In this document: positions 1 through 11,658 of the stretch, piece by piece
Layout of the letters: the number at the start of each line of letters is the position of its first letter
How positions within the stretch are numbered: position 1 is the first letter of the stretch
From: a bacterium
GTDB lineage: Bacteria; Elusimicrobiota; Elusimicrobia; UBA1565; UBA9628
Assembly (NCBI GenBank): GCA_021783355.1
Contig: JAJXTZ010000001.1
Location: forward strand, 1-50,203
Reading direction: 5' to 3'
DNA: 50,203 nt
Position numbers and translations under genes: made by a program
The notes under the pieces: model-generated
What the model was told of the DNA's origin: nothing
Seen by the model: the letters and a program-made list of their open reading frames with translations, nothing else
Database searches by the model: none

Positions 1-167
1 GCGGCGAGGGCGGCCCCGGCCGCGGCGGAGGCGCCGGCGGAGGCCTCGGCGGCCCCGGAGGGGACGAGCTCGACGCCGGCGGCGCGGACGGCCTCAGGGG
101 GGATCATGCCGCCCAGGAGGGCGGCGCAGAGGAGCAGTCCGAGGGTCCGGCGCGAGGAGCGGTTCAT
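1..167 (-). CDS. exported protein, N-terminal fragment (gene runs off the window start)
   Basis: ATG at 165-167 on the minus strand. Hand translation MNRSSRRTLGLLLCAALLGGMIPPEAVRAAG... looks like a signal peptide. TAAACT hexamer (174-179) lies 6 nt upstream. Confidence 0.5.
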   Translation of the reverse strand, partial: MNRSSRRTLGLLLCAALLGGMIPPEAVRAAGVELVPSGAAEASAGASAAAGAALA

Positions 168-305
168 GACCCTAGTTTACCCTTGAGGCGAGGCCTTCCC
201 TCTGGGTCTCGAAGGCCCGCCGGAGGGCGCTTTTTGGACCCGCGCCGGCTGGGCCCGAGGGCCTACCCCTTCCGTAAGGAAAGGAGGGCGGGCTATAATC
301 CGCCC

Positions 306-659
306 ATGAGCGTCAAAGTCTACGAGTACGAGGGCTGTTCCACCTGCCGCAAGGCGCTGAAGTTCCTGGACGCGCGCGGCGTCGCCTACGAGCGCGTCCC
401 GATCGTCGCGCGCCCGCCGACCAAAGCCGAGCTCAAGGCCATGCTCCATTTCGCCAGGGACCTCAAGCGCCTGTTCAACGCCTCCGGGCTCCTGTACCGG
501 GAGATGGGGCTGGGCGCCAAGCTCAAGAGCCTGAGCGAGGACCAGGCCCTGGACCTGCTGGCCAAGCACGGCAAGCTGGTCAAGCGGCCCTTCGTGCTCC
601 TGAAGGACCGCGGTTTGCTCGGCTATGAGGAGGACGAATGGAAGGCCGCGTTCCGCTGA
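306..659 (+). CDS. ArsC/Spx/YffB-family thioredoxin-fold protein
   Basis: MSVKVYEYEGCSTCRKALKFLDARGVAYERV...KRPFVLL is typical of the ArsC/Spx family. Start chosen at the internal ATG 306 of ORF 183-659 because TATAAT (294-299) sits 6 nt upstream. Confidence 0.8.
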   Translation: MSVKVYEYEGCSTCRKALKFLDARGVAYERVPIVARPPTKAELKAMLHFARDLKRLFNASGLLYREMGLGAKLKSLSEDQALDLLAKHGKLVKRPFVLLKDRGLLGYEEDEWKAAFR

Positions 660-663
660 CGGT

Positions 664-999
664 CTAGCGTTCCAGCTCGCCGGCGAGGTCGCGGACCACG
701 CCCATCAGCACCCGCCGGCGCGACGGCTTGAGACGAGAGAGGAGGGAGTCCAAGACCGCGGCCGCCGGCTCGCGTCCCGGGGCGCCCTTGACCCGGGGCA
801 GGAGCTCGGCGGGTTCCACGCGCAGGACCGCCGCCACGGCGAAGAGCGTGCGCAGGCTGGGCACGTTGACGCCGCGCTCCACCTGGCCGTAGAAGGACGC
901 GTCGATTCCAGCCCGTTCGGCCACCTCGGCCTGGGTGAGCTTGAGGGTCTGGCGCAGGGCCCGGATGCGCGCGCCGATGTCCCGGTATACCTTTTGCAT
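664..999 (-). CDS. XRE-family helix-turn-helix transcriptional regulator
   Basis: IRALRQTLKLTQAEVAERAGIDASFYGQVERG is a canonical Cro/C1 HTH. Convergent with the ArsC-like gene and divergent from the response regulator. Confidence 0.85.
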   Translation of the reverse strand: MQKVYRDIGARIRALRQTLKLTQAEVAERAGIDASFYGQVERGVNVPSLRTLFAVAAVLRVEPAELLPRVKGAPGREPAAAVLDSLLSRLKPSRRRVLMGVVRDLAGELER

Positions 1000-1053
1000 C
1001 GAGCGCCTATTGAAGAACTCTTGCGCCGGGCGCGGAAGTATGTAAATAACCTA

Positions 1054-1081
1054 TTGACAGGTTTTATAACACTGTTATAGT
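1054..1081 (+). promoter_or_regulatory. sigma70-type promoter TTGACA-N16-TATAGT, 6 nt upstream of ATG 1088 (leaderless)
   Basis: TTGACA at 1054-1059 and TATAGT at 1076-1081, inside an AT-rich island in otherwise GC-rich DNA. Confidence 0.6.
1065..1079. promoter_or_regulatory. palindrome TATAAC-ACT-GTTATA overlapping the -10 element (candidate operator)
   Basis: 6-bp perfect arms with a 3-nt spacer, in the divergent XRE / response-regulator intergenic region. Confidence 0.4.
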
Positions 1082-1087
1082 TATGTC

Positions 1088-1429
1088 ATGCGCGTGCTGG
1101 TGGCCGAGGACGACCCGGACTTGCGGCTCATGGTGGGGCGCATGCTCTCTCGGCTGGGCCACGACGCCGAGATCGTGGCCGACGGGGAGGCCCTCCTGCG
1201 CCGCGCCGCCGATGGCCCTCCGGACGCCGTGCTCTCGGACATAGGCATGCCCTGGTGCGACGGCCTGCGCGCGGGGGCCCGCCTTCGCCGCGAGCTGCCG
1301 GGACTGCGCGTCGTCTTGATGACGGGCGATTCGAGTCTGGCCGAGGAGGCGCGGCGGGCGGGCTTCACCCGCGTCTTGAGCAAGCCGTTCTCCCTGGAGG
1401 AGCTTGAAGGAGCGCTTTCGTCATTTTGA
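1088..1429 (+). CDS. single-domain response regulator (CheY-like receiver)
   Basis: MRVLVAEDDPD...DAVLSDIGMP...VVLMTGD...LSKPF carries the receiver-domain acidic pocket, T and K positions. No output domain. Confidence 0.9.
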   Translation: MRVLVAEDDPDLRLMVGRMLSRLGHDAEIVADGEALLRRAADGPPDAVLSDIGMPWCDGLRAGARLRRELPGLRVVLMTGDSSLAEEARRAGFTRVLSKPFSLEELEGALSSF

Positions 1430-1442
1430 TATACTCGGCGTG

Positions 1443-2078
1443 ATGACGCCCGAGAAGAAGACCGTCCCAGGAACCAAGCCGGGCGCGACCCACGTGACGG
1501 GCCCGGGAGGGCTCGACGCGAAGGACTTCGCGCGCTGGTACCGCGAGCGCACGCTCGAGCAGTGGCAGGCGCTGGACCTGGACGCCCTGGCGCGCGTGGC
1601 GGCCGTGGTGGAGGCCGTCCAGGCGGCCGGACGCTTCGTCTGGGTCTGCGGCAACGGCGGCTCGGCGGCCAGCGCGGCGCACGTGGGCTGCGACTTCGGC
1701 AAGACCGCGTCGAGGCCCGGCGCCAAGCCGCTCAAGGCCGTGTCCCTCTCCGACAACACCGCCTTCATGACCGCGATCGGCAACGACCTCTCCTTCGACG
1801 AGACCTTCTCCCGCCAGCTGGAGAACGTGGTCGCGGCCGGCGACGCGGTGATCCTGATCACCGGCTCGGGCAACTCGCCCAACCTCCTGCGCGCGGCCGA
1901 GCTCGCGCGCTCTCGCGGCGCCAAGGTCGTCGGCCTGCTGGGCTTCGACGGCGGCAAGCTCAAGGCCCTGTGCGACGAGTCCCTGCTGATCGCGTCCGAC
2001 CAGTACGGCGTGATCGAGGACCTGCACATGTCGGTCGCCCACATCCTGACGTTCTACCTCAAGCAAAAGAAGGCGTGA
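1443..2078 (+). CDS. gmhA: SIS-domain sedoheptulose-7-phosphate isomerase (GmhA-like)
   Basis: VWVCGNGGSAASAAHVGCDF...ILITGSGNSPNLL...VGLLGFDGGKL...DLHMSVAHIL matches the GmhA pattern. Start set at ATG 1443, 7 nt after TATACT 1430-1435; the ORF opens at 1404. Confidence 0.8.
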   Translation: MTPEKKTVPGTKPGATHVTGPGGLDAKDFARWYRERTLEQWQALDLDALARVAAVVEAVQAAGRFVWVCGNGGSAASAAHVGCDFGKTASRPGAKPLKAVSLSDNTAFMTAIGNDLSFDETFSRQLENVVAAGDAVILITGSGNSPNLLRAAELARSRGAKVVGLLGFDGGKLKALCDESLLIASDQYGVIEDLHMSVAHILTFYLKQKKA

Positions 2079-2797
2079 GCGCGCCCCGCATCGTCGCGAT
2101 CGCCCCGGTCTACAACGAGAAGGGCAAGATCGGCCGCGCGGTGGCCAAGGTCCCGCGCGGGATCGTCGCCGAGGTGGTGGCCGTCAGCGACGCCTCCGAC
2201 GACGGCTCCGACGAGGAGGCCCGCGCCGCCGGCGCCACCGTCCTGCGCCACGAGCGCACGCTGGGCGTGGGCGCGGCGATCCGCACCGGCCTCAAGTACG
2301 GCCTGGAGAAGGGCTACGACGTCCTGGTGGTGATGGCCGGCAACGACAAGGACGACCCGGCCGAGATCCCCAAGCTGGTCGCCCCGATCCTGGAGCGCGG
2401 CGCGGACTACGTGCAGGGCTCGCGCTACGCCGCCGGCGGCCGCTCCGGCAAGATGCCGCTGCACCGCGCGATCCTGACCCGCGCCTACCCCTGGCTGGTG
2501 CGCCTGGTCACGGGCTTCCCGATCACCGACGCCACCAACGGCTTCCGCGCGATGACGCCGCGCTTCCTGAAGGACCCGCGCGTGAACATGGACCAGGAGT
2601 GGCTGGACCGCGGCGAGCTGGAGTATTACCTCCAGCTCAAGGCCTTGATGCTCGGCTTCAAGGTGGAGGAGGTCGCGGTGACCAAGATCTACCCCGACCT
2701 GTCCGCGTACAAGAACTACACGAAGATCCGGCCGGTCGTCGACTGGTTCGGCAACCTCCGGCCCATCCTGTACCTGACCCTGGGGATCAAGTCGTGA
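2075..2797 (+). CDS. family 2 glycosyltransferase, DPM1/GtrB/ArnC-like (polyprenyl-phosphate sugar synthase type)
   Basis: IVAIAPVYNEKGKI...VSDASDDGSDE...VVMAGNDKDDP is a GT2 GT-A fold signature. GTG 2075 overlaps the gmhA stop (GTGA). Confidence 0.85.
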   Translation: MSAPRIVAIAPVYNEKGKIGRAVAKVPRGIVAEVVAVSDASDDGSDEEARAAGATVLRHERTLGVGAAIRTGLKYGLEKGYDVLVVMAGNDKDDPAEIPKLVAPILERGADYVQGSRYAAGGRSGKMPLHRAILTRAYPWLVRLVTGFPITDATNGFRAMTPRFLKDPRVNMDQEWLDRGELEYYLQLKALMLGFKVEEVAVTKIYPDLSAYKNYTKIRPVVDWFGNLRPILYLTLGIKS

Positions 2798-3804
2798 AGA
2801 CGGTCACCCTCGCGCAAGTCGGCTGCGGGTACTGGGGTCCCAACCTGCTGCGCAATTTCCGGACCTTGCGCGGCGCGCGGATGAAGTGGCTCTGCGACGC
2901 CAAGCCCGGCCGCCTGGACTGGGCGCGGGAGAACTTCCCCGGACTGAAGACCACGCCGGACCTGGACGAGGTCCTCAAGGACCCCGAGGTGGACGCCGTC
3001 GTCGTCGCCACCGAGCCCGTCTCCCACCACGCGCTGGGCCGCGCCGTCCTGCGCGCGCGCAAGCACCTGTTCATGGAGAAGCCGCTGGCGCGCTCGACGG
3101 CCGAGGCGCGCGACCTGGCCGCGCGCGCCCAGGCCGCGCGGCGCGTGGTCGGCGTGGGCCACGTCTATCTCTACCACCCGGCGGTGGCCGCCCTGCGCGC
3201 GGCGCTCAAGCCCGGCAAGCTGGGCCGACCGCTGTACCTGGACCTGGCGCGCGTCAACCCCGGCCCGCCGGACCCCAAGCACGACGTGATCTGGGACCTG
3301 GCCCCGCACGAGGTCTCGCTGGCGCTGGACCTGATCGGCAAGAGGCCCGTCTCCGTGCGCGGCACCGGCCTGCGCTGGGACCTGACGGTGGACGAGGCCG
3401 CGTTCTTCGAGATCCGCTTCGCCGGCGGGGCCGTCGCGCGCGTGCACGCGTCGTGGCGCTCCAACCGCAAGATCCGCCGCCTGGACGCGTACTGCGAGGG
3501 GGGCTCCGCCTTTTTCGACGAGACGGCCTCGACCCCTTTCCAGATCGTCTATCCCGGCCGCGACAACCGCGTGGGCGCCAAGGCCGGCTTCTCCGGGACC
3601 TTCTCGTACGGCGCGGGCCGCACCGTGGTCCCGGAGCTCCCGAAGGAGTCGCCGCTGGCGCGCGAATGCGCCGATTTCGTCGCCGCCGTGCGCCGCGGGC
3701 GCGACCCGCTCTCCGGCGCGGCGCTGGGCGTGACGGTCGTGCGCGTGCTGGAGGCCGCGGCGCGATCCGCGGCGGCCGGAGGACAGGAGGTCCGCCTGAC
3801 ATGA
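2794..3804 (+). CDS. Gfo/Idh/MocA-family NAD(P)-dependent sugar oxidoreductase
   Basis: VTLAQVGCGYWGPNLLRNF...DAVVVATEPVSHHAL...KHLFMEKPLA is the typical N-terminal Rossmann and EKP motif. GTG 2794 overlaps the previous stop. Confidence 0.85.
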   Translation: MKTVTLAQVGCGYWGPNLLRNFRTLRGARMKWLCDAKPGRLDWARENFPGLKTTPDLDEVLKDPEVDAVVVATEPVSHHALGRAVLRARKHLFMEKPLARSTAEARDLAARAQAARRVVGVGHVYLYHPAVAALRAALKPGKLGRPLYLDLARVNPGPPDPKHDVIWDLAPHEVSLALDLIGKRPVSVRGTGLRWDLTVDEAAFFEIRFAGGAVARVHASWRSNRKIRRLDAYCEGGSAFFDETASTPFQIVYPGRDNRVGAKAGFSGTFSYGAGRTVVPELPKESPLARECADFVAAVRRGRDPLSGAALGVTVVRVLEAAARSAAAGGQEVRLT

Positions 3805-4793
3805 TCATCTCCCAGACGCCCCTGCGCGTGAGCTTCACCGGAGGCGGCACCGACCTGCCCGCCTACTGCGACCGCGCCGAGGGGCGGGTCTTGAGCGCCG
3901 CCATCGACAAGTACATCCACGTGATCGTCCAGGAGCGCTTCGACGACCAGATCCACGTGAACTACGCCAAGCGCAAGGAGGTGGTCGCCTCCGTGGACGA
4001 GGTCCAGCACCCGCTCGCGCGCGAGGCGATGCGCCTGGCCGGCATGACCGGCGGCTTCGAGGTGACCACGCTGGCCGACATCCCGTCCGAGGGCTCGGGG
4101 CTGGGCTCGTCGTCGTCCTTGACCGTCGGCTATCTCAACGCCTTCCACTCGTTCATGGGCCGCCAGGTGGACGCCGAGACGCTGGCGCGCCAGGCCTGCG
4201 AGATCGAGATCGGCCGCATGCGCAAGCCGATCGGCCGCCAGGACCAGTACATCGCGGCCTACGGCGGCGTGCGCTTCCTGCGCTTCCGCCGCGGCGGGCG
4301 CGTGGAGGTGGAAGGGGTCTGCGCGGACACCAAGGTCCTGCGCGAGCTGGAGAACGGCCTGCTGCTGTACTTCAGCGGCAAGACCCGCCGCGCCGACGAC
4401 CTGCTGGCCGAGCAGGGCCGGCGCATGAAGTCCAACCGCAAGGCGATGGACGGCATCCGCGCCCTGGCCGACGAGGCGCGCGCGGCGCTGGAGAGCGGCG
4501 ACGCGGACGGCGTCGGGCGCGCGCTGGACCGCAACTGGAAGCTCAAGCGCTCCCTGGCCCCGGGCATGAGCGACCCCGACATCGACGCGTTCTACGCCAA
4601 GGCCAAGCGCCGCGGGGCTCTCGGGGGCAAGGTGACGGGCGCGGGCGGCGGGGGCTTCTTCCTGCTCTACGCCCCGGCCCTCAAGCGCGCGGGCCTGCGC
4701 GCGGCGCTCAAGGACCACCGCGAGCTGCCCATCGCCCTGGAGCCGGACGGGTCCAAGATCATCTTCAACCAGAAGCGCCGAATCTGGAAATGA
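3801..4793 (+). CDS. hddA: GHMP kinase, D-glycero-alpha-D-manno-heptose 7-phosphate kinase-like (HddA)
   Basis: MIISQTPLRVSFTGGGTDLPAY...PSEGSGLGSSSSL...GGKVTGAGGGGFFL gives the GHMP motifs and an HddA-like N-terminus. ATGA overlap at 3801. Confidence 0.8.
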   Translation: MIISQTPLRVSFTGGGTDLPAYCDRAEGRVLSAAIDKYIHVIVQERFDDQIHVNYAKRKEVVASVDEVQHPLAREAMRLAGMTGGFEVTTLADIPSEGSGLGSSSSLTVGYLNAFHSFMGRQVDAETLARQACEIEIGRMRKPIGRQDQYIAAYGGVRFLRFRRGGRVEVEGVCADTKVLRELENGLLLYFSGKTRRADDLLAEQGRRMKSNRKAMDGIRALADEARAALESGDADGVGRALDRNWKLKRSLAPGMSDPDIDAFYAKAKRRGALGGKVTGAGGGGFFLLYAPALKRAGLRAALKDHRELPIALEPDGSKIIFNQKRRIWK

Positions 4794-5506
4794 GCGCGCG
4801 CGGCCCGGCGAAGGCGTTCCTCCTCGCCGCGGGTCTCGGCACGCGCCTGAAGCCGCTGACGGACGCGACGCCCAAATGCCTGGTCCCCATCGGCGGCGCG
4901 CCGGTCCTGCATTGGTGGCTGGTCGTCTGCGCGCGCCTGGGCGTGCGCGAGGTCCTGCTGAACACCCACCACCTCGCGGACCAGGTCCGGGCCTTCGTGG
5001 CCGCGCGGAGCGGCGGGCCCGAGGTGACGCTCTTCCACGAGCCGGAACTGCTCGGCTCGGCCGGGACGCTGGCGGCCAACAAGGACTTCGTGAGGGGCGA
5101 GCGGGACTTCTGGGTCTTCTACGCCGACACCCTGATCGGCGCGGACCTCGCGCCGCTGATGGCCCTGCGCCGCGCGCGGGGGGCCGACCTGGCCCTCGGG
5201 CTCTTCCACAGCCCGGAGCCGTCCAGCGGCGGCGTGGTGGAACTGGCCGCCGACGGGCGCGTGCTCTCCTTCGAGGAGAAGCCCGCGCGTCCGCGCTCCG
5301 ACCTGGTCGCCGCCGGCGCCTACGCGGCGGGCCCCGCGCTGCTCGACGCCCTGCCCGACGGCCCCGGCGACCTGTCGCGCGACGCGTACCCGAAGCTGAT
5401 GGGCAACGCCTGCGGCCTGGTCCTGGACCCCGTCATCGACCTGGGCACGCCGGCGCGCTACGCGCAGGCCCAAAAGGAGTTCTCCCGCTTTGGCTTCCGC
5501 GACTGA
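4790..5506 (+). CDS. hddC: sugar-1-phosphate nucleotidyltransferase, heptose-1-phosphate guanylyltransferase-like (HddC)
   Basis: AFLLAAGLGTRLKPLTDATPKCLVPIGG is a nucleotidyltransferase P-loop-like motif. About 238 aa, in gmhA/hddA context. ATGA overlap at 4790. Confidence 0.75.
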   Translation: MSARGPAKAFLLAAGLGTRLKPLTDATPKCLVPIGGAPVLHWWLVVCARLGVREVLLNTHHLADQVRAFVAARSGGPEVTLFHEPELLGSAGTLAANKDFVRGERDFWVFYADTLIGADLAPLMALRRARGADLALGLFHSPEPSSGGVVELAADGRVLSFEEKPARPRSDLVAAGAYAAGPALLDALPDGPGDLSRDAYPKLMGNACGLVLDPVIDLGTPARYAQAQKEFSRFGFRD

Positions 5507-6695
5507 CCCGAAGCGCTGCGTGCCCTGCGAGGACGGCCGCCGCCTCCTGATCGCGGCGCTGGTCCTGCGCGTCCTCTGGGCGCTGGCCGCCCGCAAGTTC
5601 TGGGGCTACAAGGACGACGGCCTCTACGACGACGGCGCCTATCTGGAGATGGCGCGCGCCTTCCTGGGCGGCGGCGCGGTGCTGGCCACGCACCCGCCGG
5701 GCTACCCGCTCTTCCTGGCCCCGTTCCTGGCCCTGGGGGGGGACCTGGGCGTCTCGCTGGCGCGCTGGGCGCAGATGCTCCTCTCGGGCGTCACCGCGGT
5801 CCTCGCCTACCGGCTCACCCTGCGCCTGAAGCTCTCCCGCGCGGCCGCGCTGACGGCGGGGGCGTTCGTGGTCTTGAGCCCGATGCTGACCTACTTCAGC
5901 GCGCGCATGATGAGCGAGACCCTGTTCACCGCGCTGGCGACCGGCTCCCTGCTGGCCTGGCTGCACGCCTGGGAGTCGGGCCGCGCGCGGGAGGCGGCGC
6001 TCTCGGGCCTGCTCGGCGCGGCGGCCTCGCTCACGCGCGGCGTGTTCCTGCCCTACGGCGGCGCCCTCGCCCTGGTCGCGCTGTGGAAGCGGCGGCAGCA
6101 GCCGCGCTGGGCGGCCCTGGTCGCGGTCTGCGGCCTGAGCTGGGCGGCCGCGATGGCCCCGTGGACGGCGCGCAACTGGCGCGTCTATCACCGCTTCGTG
6201 CCGGTGTCGGTGCAGGGCGGCTGGAACTTCTACGAGGGGATGACCACGGACCTGGTCCAGATCCGCGGCGCGCGCGCCGACGCGATGGGGCGCGAGGCCG
6301 ACGCGCTGGGCCTGAAGGACCCGTTCTCGCGCGACGCGCACTTCGCGGCCAAGGCCGAGGCATGGATCGCCGCCCACCCGCTCGGCTTCCTGAGGATCTG
6401 CGCCGTCAAGGCCGTCCGCTTCTGGCGCCCGGCCCCGGAGCCGCCGCACGGGCTCCTCGTGCGCCTCGGCGCGGGGCTCTTCGCCCTGGCCCTCTTCGCC
6501 GGCGCCCTGCTGGGCCTGCGCGCCGCGGCGGCCGCGCCCGGCGGCTGGTTCCTGCTGGCCTGGATCGCCCAGCTCAACCTCCTGCACGCGGTCTTCGCCA
6601 GCAACATGCGCTACCGCCTGCCGCTGGAGCCGGTCCTGGCCGTGCTGGCGGGTCTCGGCCTGGCGCGCTGGGCCGCGCGCGTCGTGCGCGACTGA
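5490..6695 (+). CDS. GT-C fold membrane glycosyltransferase (ArnT/PMT_2-like), copy 1
   Basis: Multi-span hydrophobic protein with an acidic first-loop motif (YDDGAYLEMA). The start is uncertain: TTG 5490 overlaps hddC, and GTG 5520 is an alternative. Confidence 0.7.
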   Translation: MASATDPKRCVPCEDGRRLLIAALVLRVLWALAARKFWGYKDDGLYDDGAYLEMARAFLGGGAVLATHPPGYPLFLAPFLALGGDLGVSLARWAQMLLSGVTAVLAYRLTLRLKLSRAAALTAGAFVVLSPMLTYFSARMMSETLFTALATGSLLAWLHAWESGRAREAALSGLLGAAASLTRGVFLPYGGALALVALWKRRQQPRWAALVAVCGLSWAAAMAPWTARNWRVYHRFVPVSVQGGWNFYEGMTTDLVQIRGARADAMGREADALGLKDPFSRDAHFAAKAEAWIAAHPLGFLRICAVKAVRFWRPAPEPPHGLLVRLGAGLFALALFAGALLGLRAAAAAPGGWFLLAWIAQLNLLHAVFASNMRYRLPLEPVLAVLAGLGLARWAARVVRD

Positions 6696-6698
6696 GGG

Positions 6699-6899
6699 TC
6701 AGTCCTTCTTCGGGCCGTCGAGGCCCAGCTTGCGCAGGATGTCCTCCATCAGGCACCAGCGCGTGAACGCGGACTGGAGCAGGTTCGCGCCGACGAAGGC
6801 GGTGAACCAGAGCCAGCGGTGGTCGACCCAATGGGCGAGCGCGAGGCTGAGCAGGATGAAGGTCCCGGCGATGACGCGGATGCGGTGGTCGAGGTCCAT
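6699..6899 (-). CDS. DUF2892 (YgaP-like) small membrane protein
   Basis: RVIAGTFILLSLALAHWV...WLWFTAFVGANLLQSAFTRWCLMEDILRKLG is the characteristic DUF2892 pattern. AAGGAG lies 6 nt upstream of the ATG. Confidence 0.7.
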   Translation of the reverse strand: MDLDHRIRVIAGTFILLSLALAHWVDHRWLWFTAFVGANLLQSAFTRWCLMEDILRKLGLDGPKKD

Positions 6900-6909
6900 G
6901 GGTCGCTCC

Positions 6910-10109
<3,200 letters not shown>

Positions 10110-10113
<4 letters not shown>

Positions 10114-11468
10114 CGCGTCCCCTCCAGCCCGCGCGCGAGCGCGGCCACGGCGTCGCGGTCGAGCCGCCCCTGCGCGAAGCGCGCGGACGCCCATTCGCGC
10201 CGGGCGCCGGCCAGCGCCTCCAGCTGCGCCTGGCGCGCGCGGGCGACGCCCTCCTCGGCGCGCAGGACCTCCATCACGCTCTGGCGGCCCTCGCGGTACA
10301 GCGGGCGGACCTCCTCCAGCGAGCGCCGCGCGCGGTCCAGGGACTCGTCCAGGTCGGGCAGGGCGGCGAGAGCCCCGCGCTGGGCGGCGGCGCGGGCCAG
10401 GACCTCGCCGCGCACCGAGTCCTCCAGGCCGGCGCGGGCCTGGCGGGCGGCGGCCTCGCCGGAACGGGCGCGCGAGAGGCGCGCGGCCCAGGCCGGGTCG
10501 CCGAACGGGAAGACGGCGCGCACGCCGAGCAGCCGCGCGGCGCCGGCCGCGCCCAGGCCGTCGTCGGCGGTCTCCACGGAGGCGAAGGCGTCCACGGTCG
10601 GCAGGACGCTCTGCGCGGCGCCTTGGCGGCGGACGGCGGCCTCCTGCTCGCGCAGGACGGCCGCGCGCAGTTCCGGGCGTCCGGACAGGGCGGAGGCGAC
10701 CAGCGCGGCGTCGTCCTCCAGGGCGGGGAGCGGCCCGTCCAGGGAGCCGGACGGCGCGGTCCCGGGAGCGCCGGTCAGCACGGACAGCTCGGCGTCGGAG
10801 GCCGCCGCCTGCGCCGTCACCTGCGCGCGCCAGGCCTTCAGGCCGGACAAGATCGCGAGCGCGGCCTGGAAGTCGGAGCCCAGGATCAGGCCCTTGGCCT
10901 TGAGGCGCCGGGCGCTCTCGACCTCGGTCTCGGCGGAGGCCAGGCGCGCGTCCAGCTCCGCGCCGAGCTGGCGGTCCAGCAGGCCGGCCAGATACGCGCC
11001 GGTCACGCGCAGGCTCACGGCCTGGGCGGCGGCGTCGCCCGCGGCCTCGGCCTCGCCGCCCGCCAGGGCGCCCAGGCGGCGGGCGCGGGTCAGCTGGAAG
11101 CCGGTGAAGAGCGGCACGCCCAGCTCCAGCGCCCCGTGGACGGCGGAGCGGTAGCCGGGGTCGTTGAGGAGGCCGGGGGCGAAGTCGGCCGAGGTCACGC
11201 GCCGCTCCTGCAGGCGCTCGCCGAAGGCGAACAGGGGGTCGTCGCTCCTCATGAACGAGGCGCGGGCCGACAGGCGCGGCAGGCTGCTCCACGAGGCCTC
11301 GCGCTCGGCGGCGGCGGCCTCGGCGCGGCGGTCGCGGGCCTCGGCGAGCAGCGGCGAGCGGGAGAGCGCCGCGTCCACGGCGGCGCTCAGGCCGCCGGCC
11401 GAGGCCGGGGCGGCGGTCAGGGCCAGGATCAGGGAGAGGGCGCGCGTCGCGGGGGTCATCTTGTTCAT
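10110..11468 (-). CDS. TolC-like outer membrane efflux protein (OMF)
   Basis: Signal peptide MNKMTPATRALSLILALTAAPASA, followed by OEP-type repeats (LSAAVDAALSRSPLL..., VESARRLKAKGLILGSDF...). The stop overlaps the RND start by 4 nt. Confidence 0.85.
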
Positions 11469-11503
11469 TGTGATGCACGCCGCGGAGAAAGGATTCACCC
11501 CCG

Positions 11504-11650
11504 TCAGCGCGACTTGCTCAGCATGCGGAGCATGCGCAGGTTGATGACCGCGAAGCGCACCAGCTGCCAGGGCAGGAAGGTCCGCAGGAAGGCGGTCCAC
11601 GGCGTGGGCCGGGACGCGTAGGCTCCGGTCTGGATCGGGGTCTGGGTCAT
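11504..11650 (-). CDS. unannotated 48-aa small protein (amphipathic/membrane-associated?)
   Basis: Hand translation: MTQTPIQTGAYASRPTPWTAFLRTFLPWQLVRFAVINLRMLRMLSKSR, ending in TGA. AGGAGG lies 5 nt upstream of the ATG, which is 8 nt after the sqr stop. Too short to appear in the ORF track. Confidence 0.45.
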   Translation of the reverse strand: MTQTPIQTGAYASRPTPWTAFLRTFLPWQLVRFAVINLRMLRMLSKSR

Positions 11651-11658
11651 GGCGCCTC

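Noticed and set aside
2886-3800. The N-terminal 300 aa of the long ORF 2886-4793. The long shadow ORFs 1562-2074, 2599-2793, 20354-20635, 23840-24904, 24952-25368, 27064-27720 and 36388-36576 are similar cases.
   Set aside because: These are low-complexity Arg/Gly/Pro translations overlapping well-supported genes in other frames. The real genes start at internal ATG/GTG codons placed on the preceding stop codon or just after a -10 hexamer.
10114-11478. The 5' extension of the RND ORF, which would give a 1522-aa protein.
   Set aside because: The extension is Arg/Pro/Gly-rich nonsense that overlaps the OMF gene in another frame. The RND homology starts at MSADEKKL (10113), exactly on the OMF stop.
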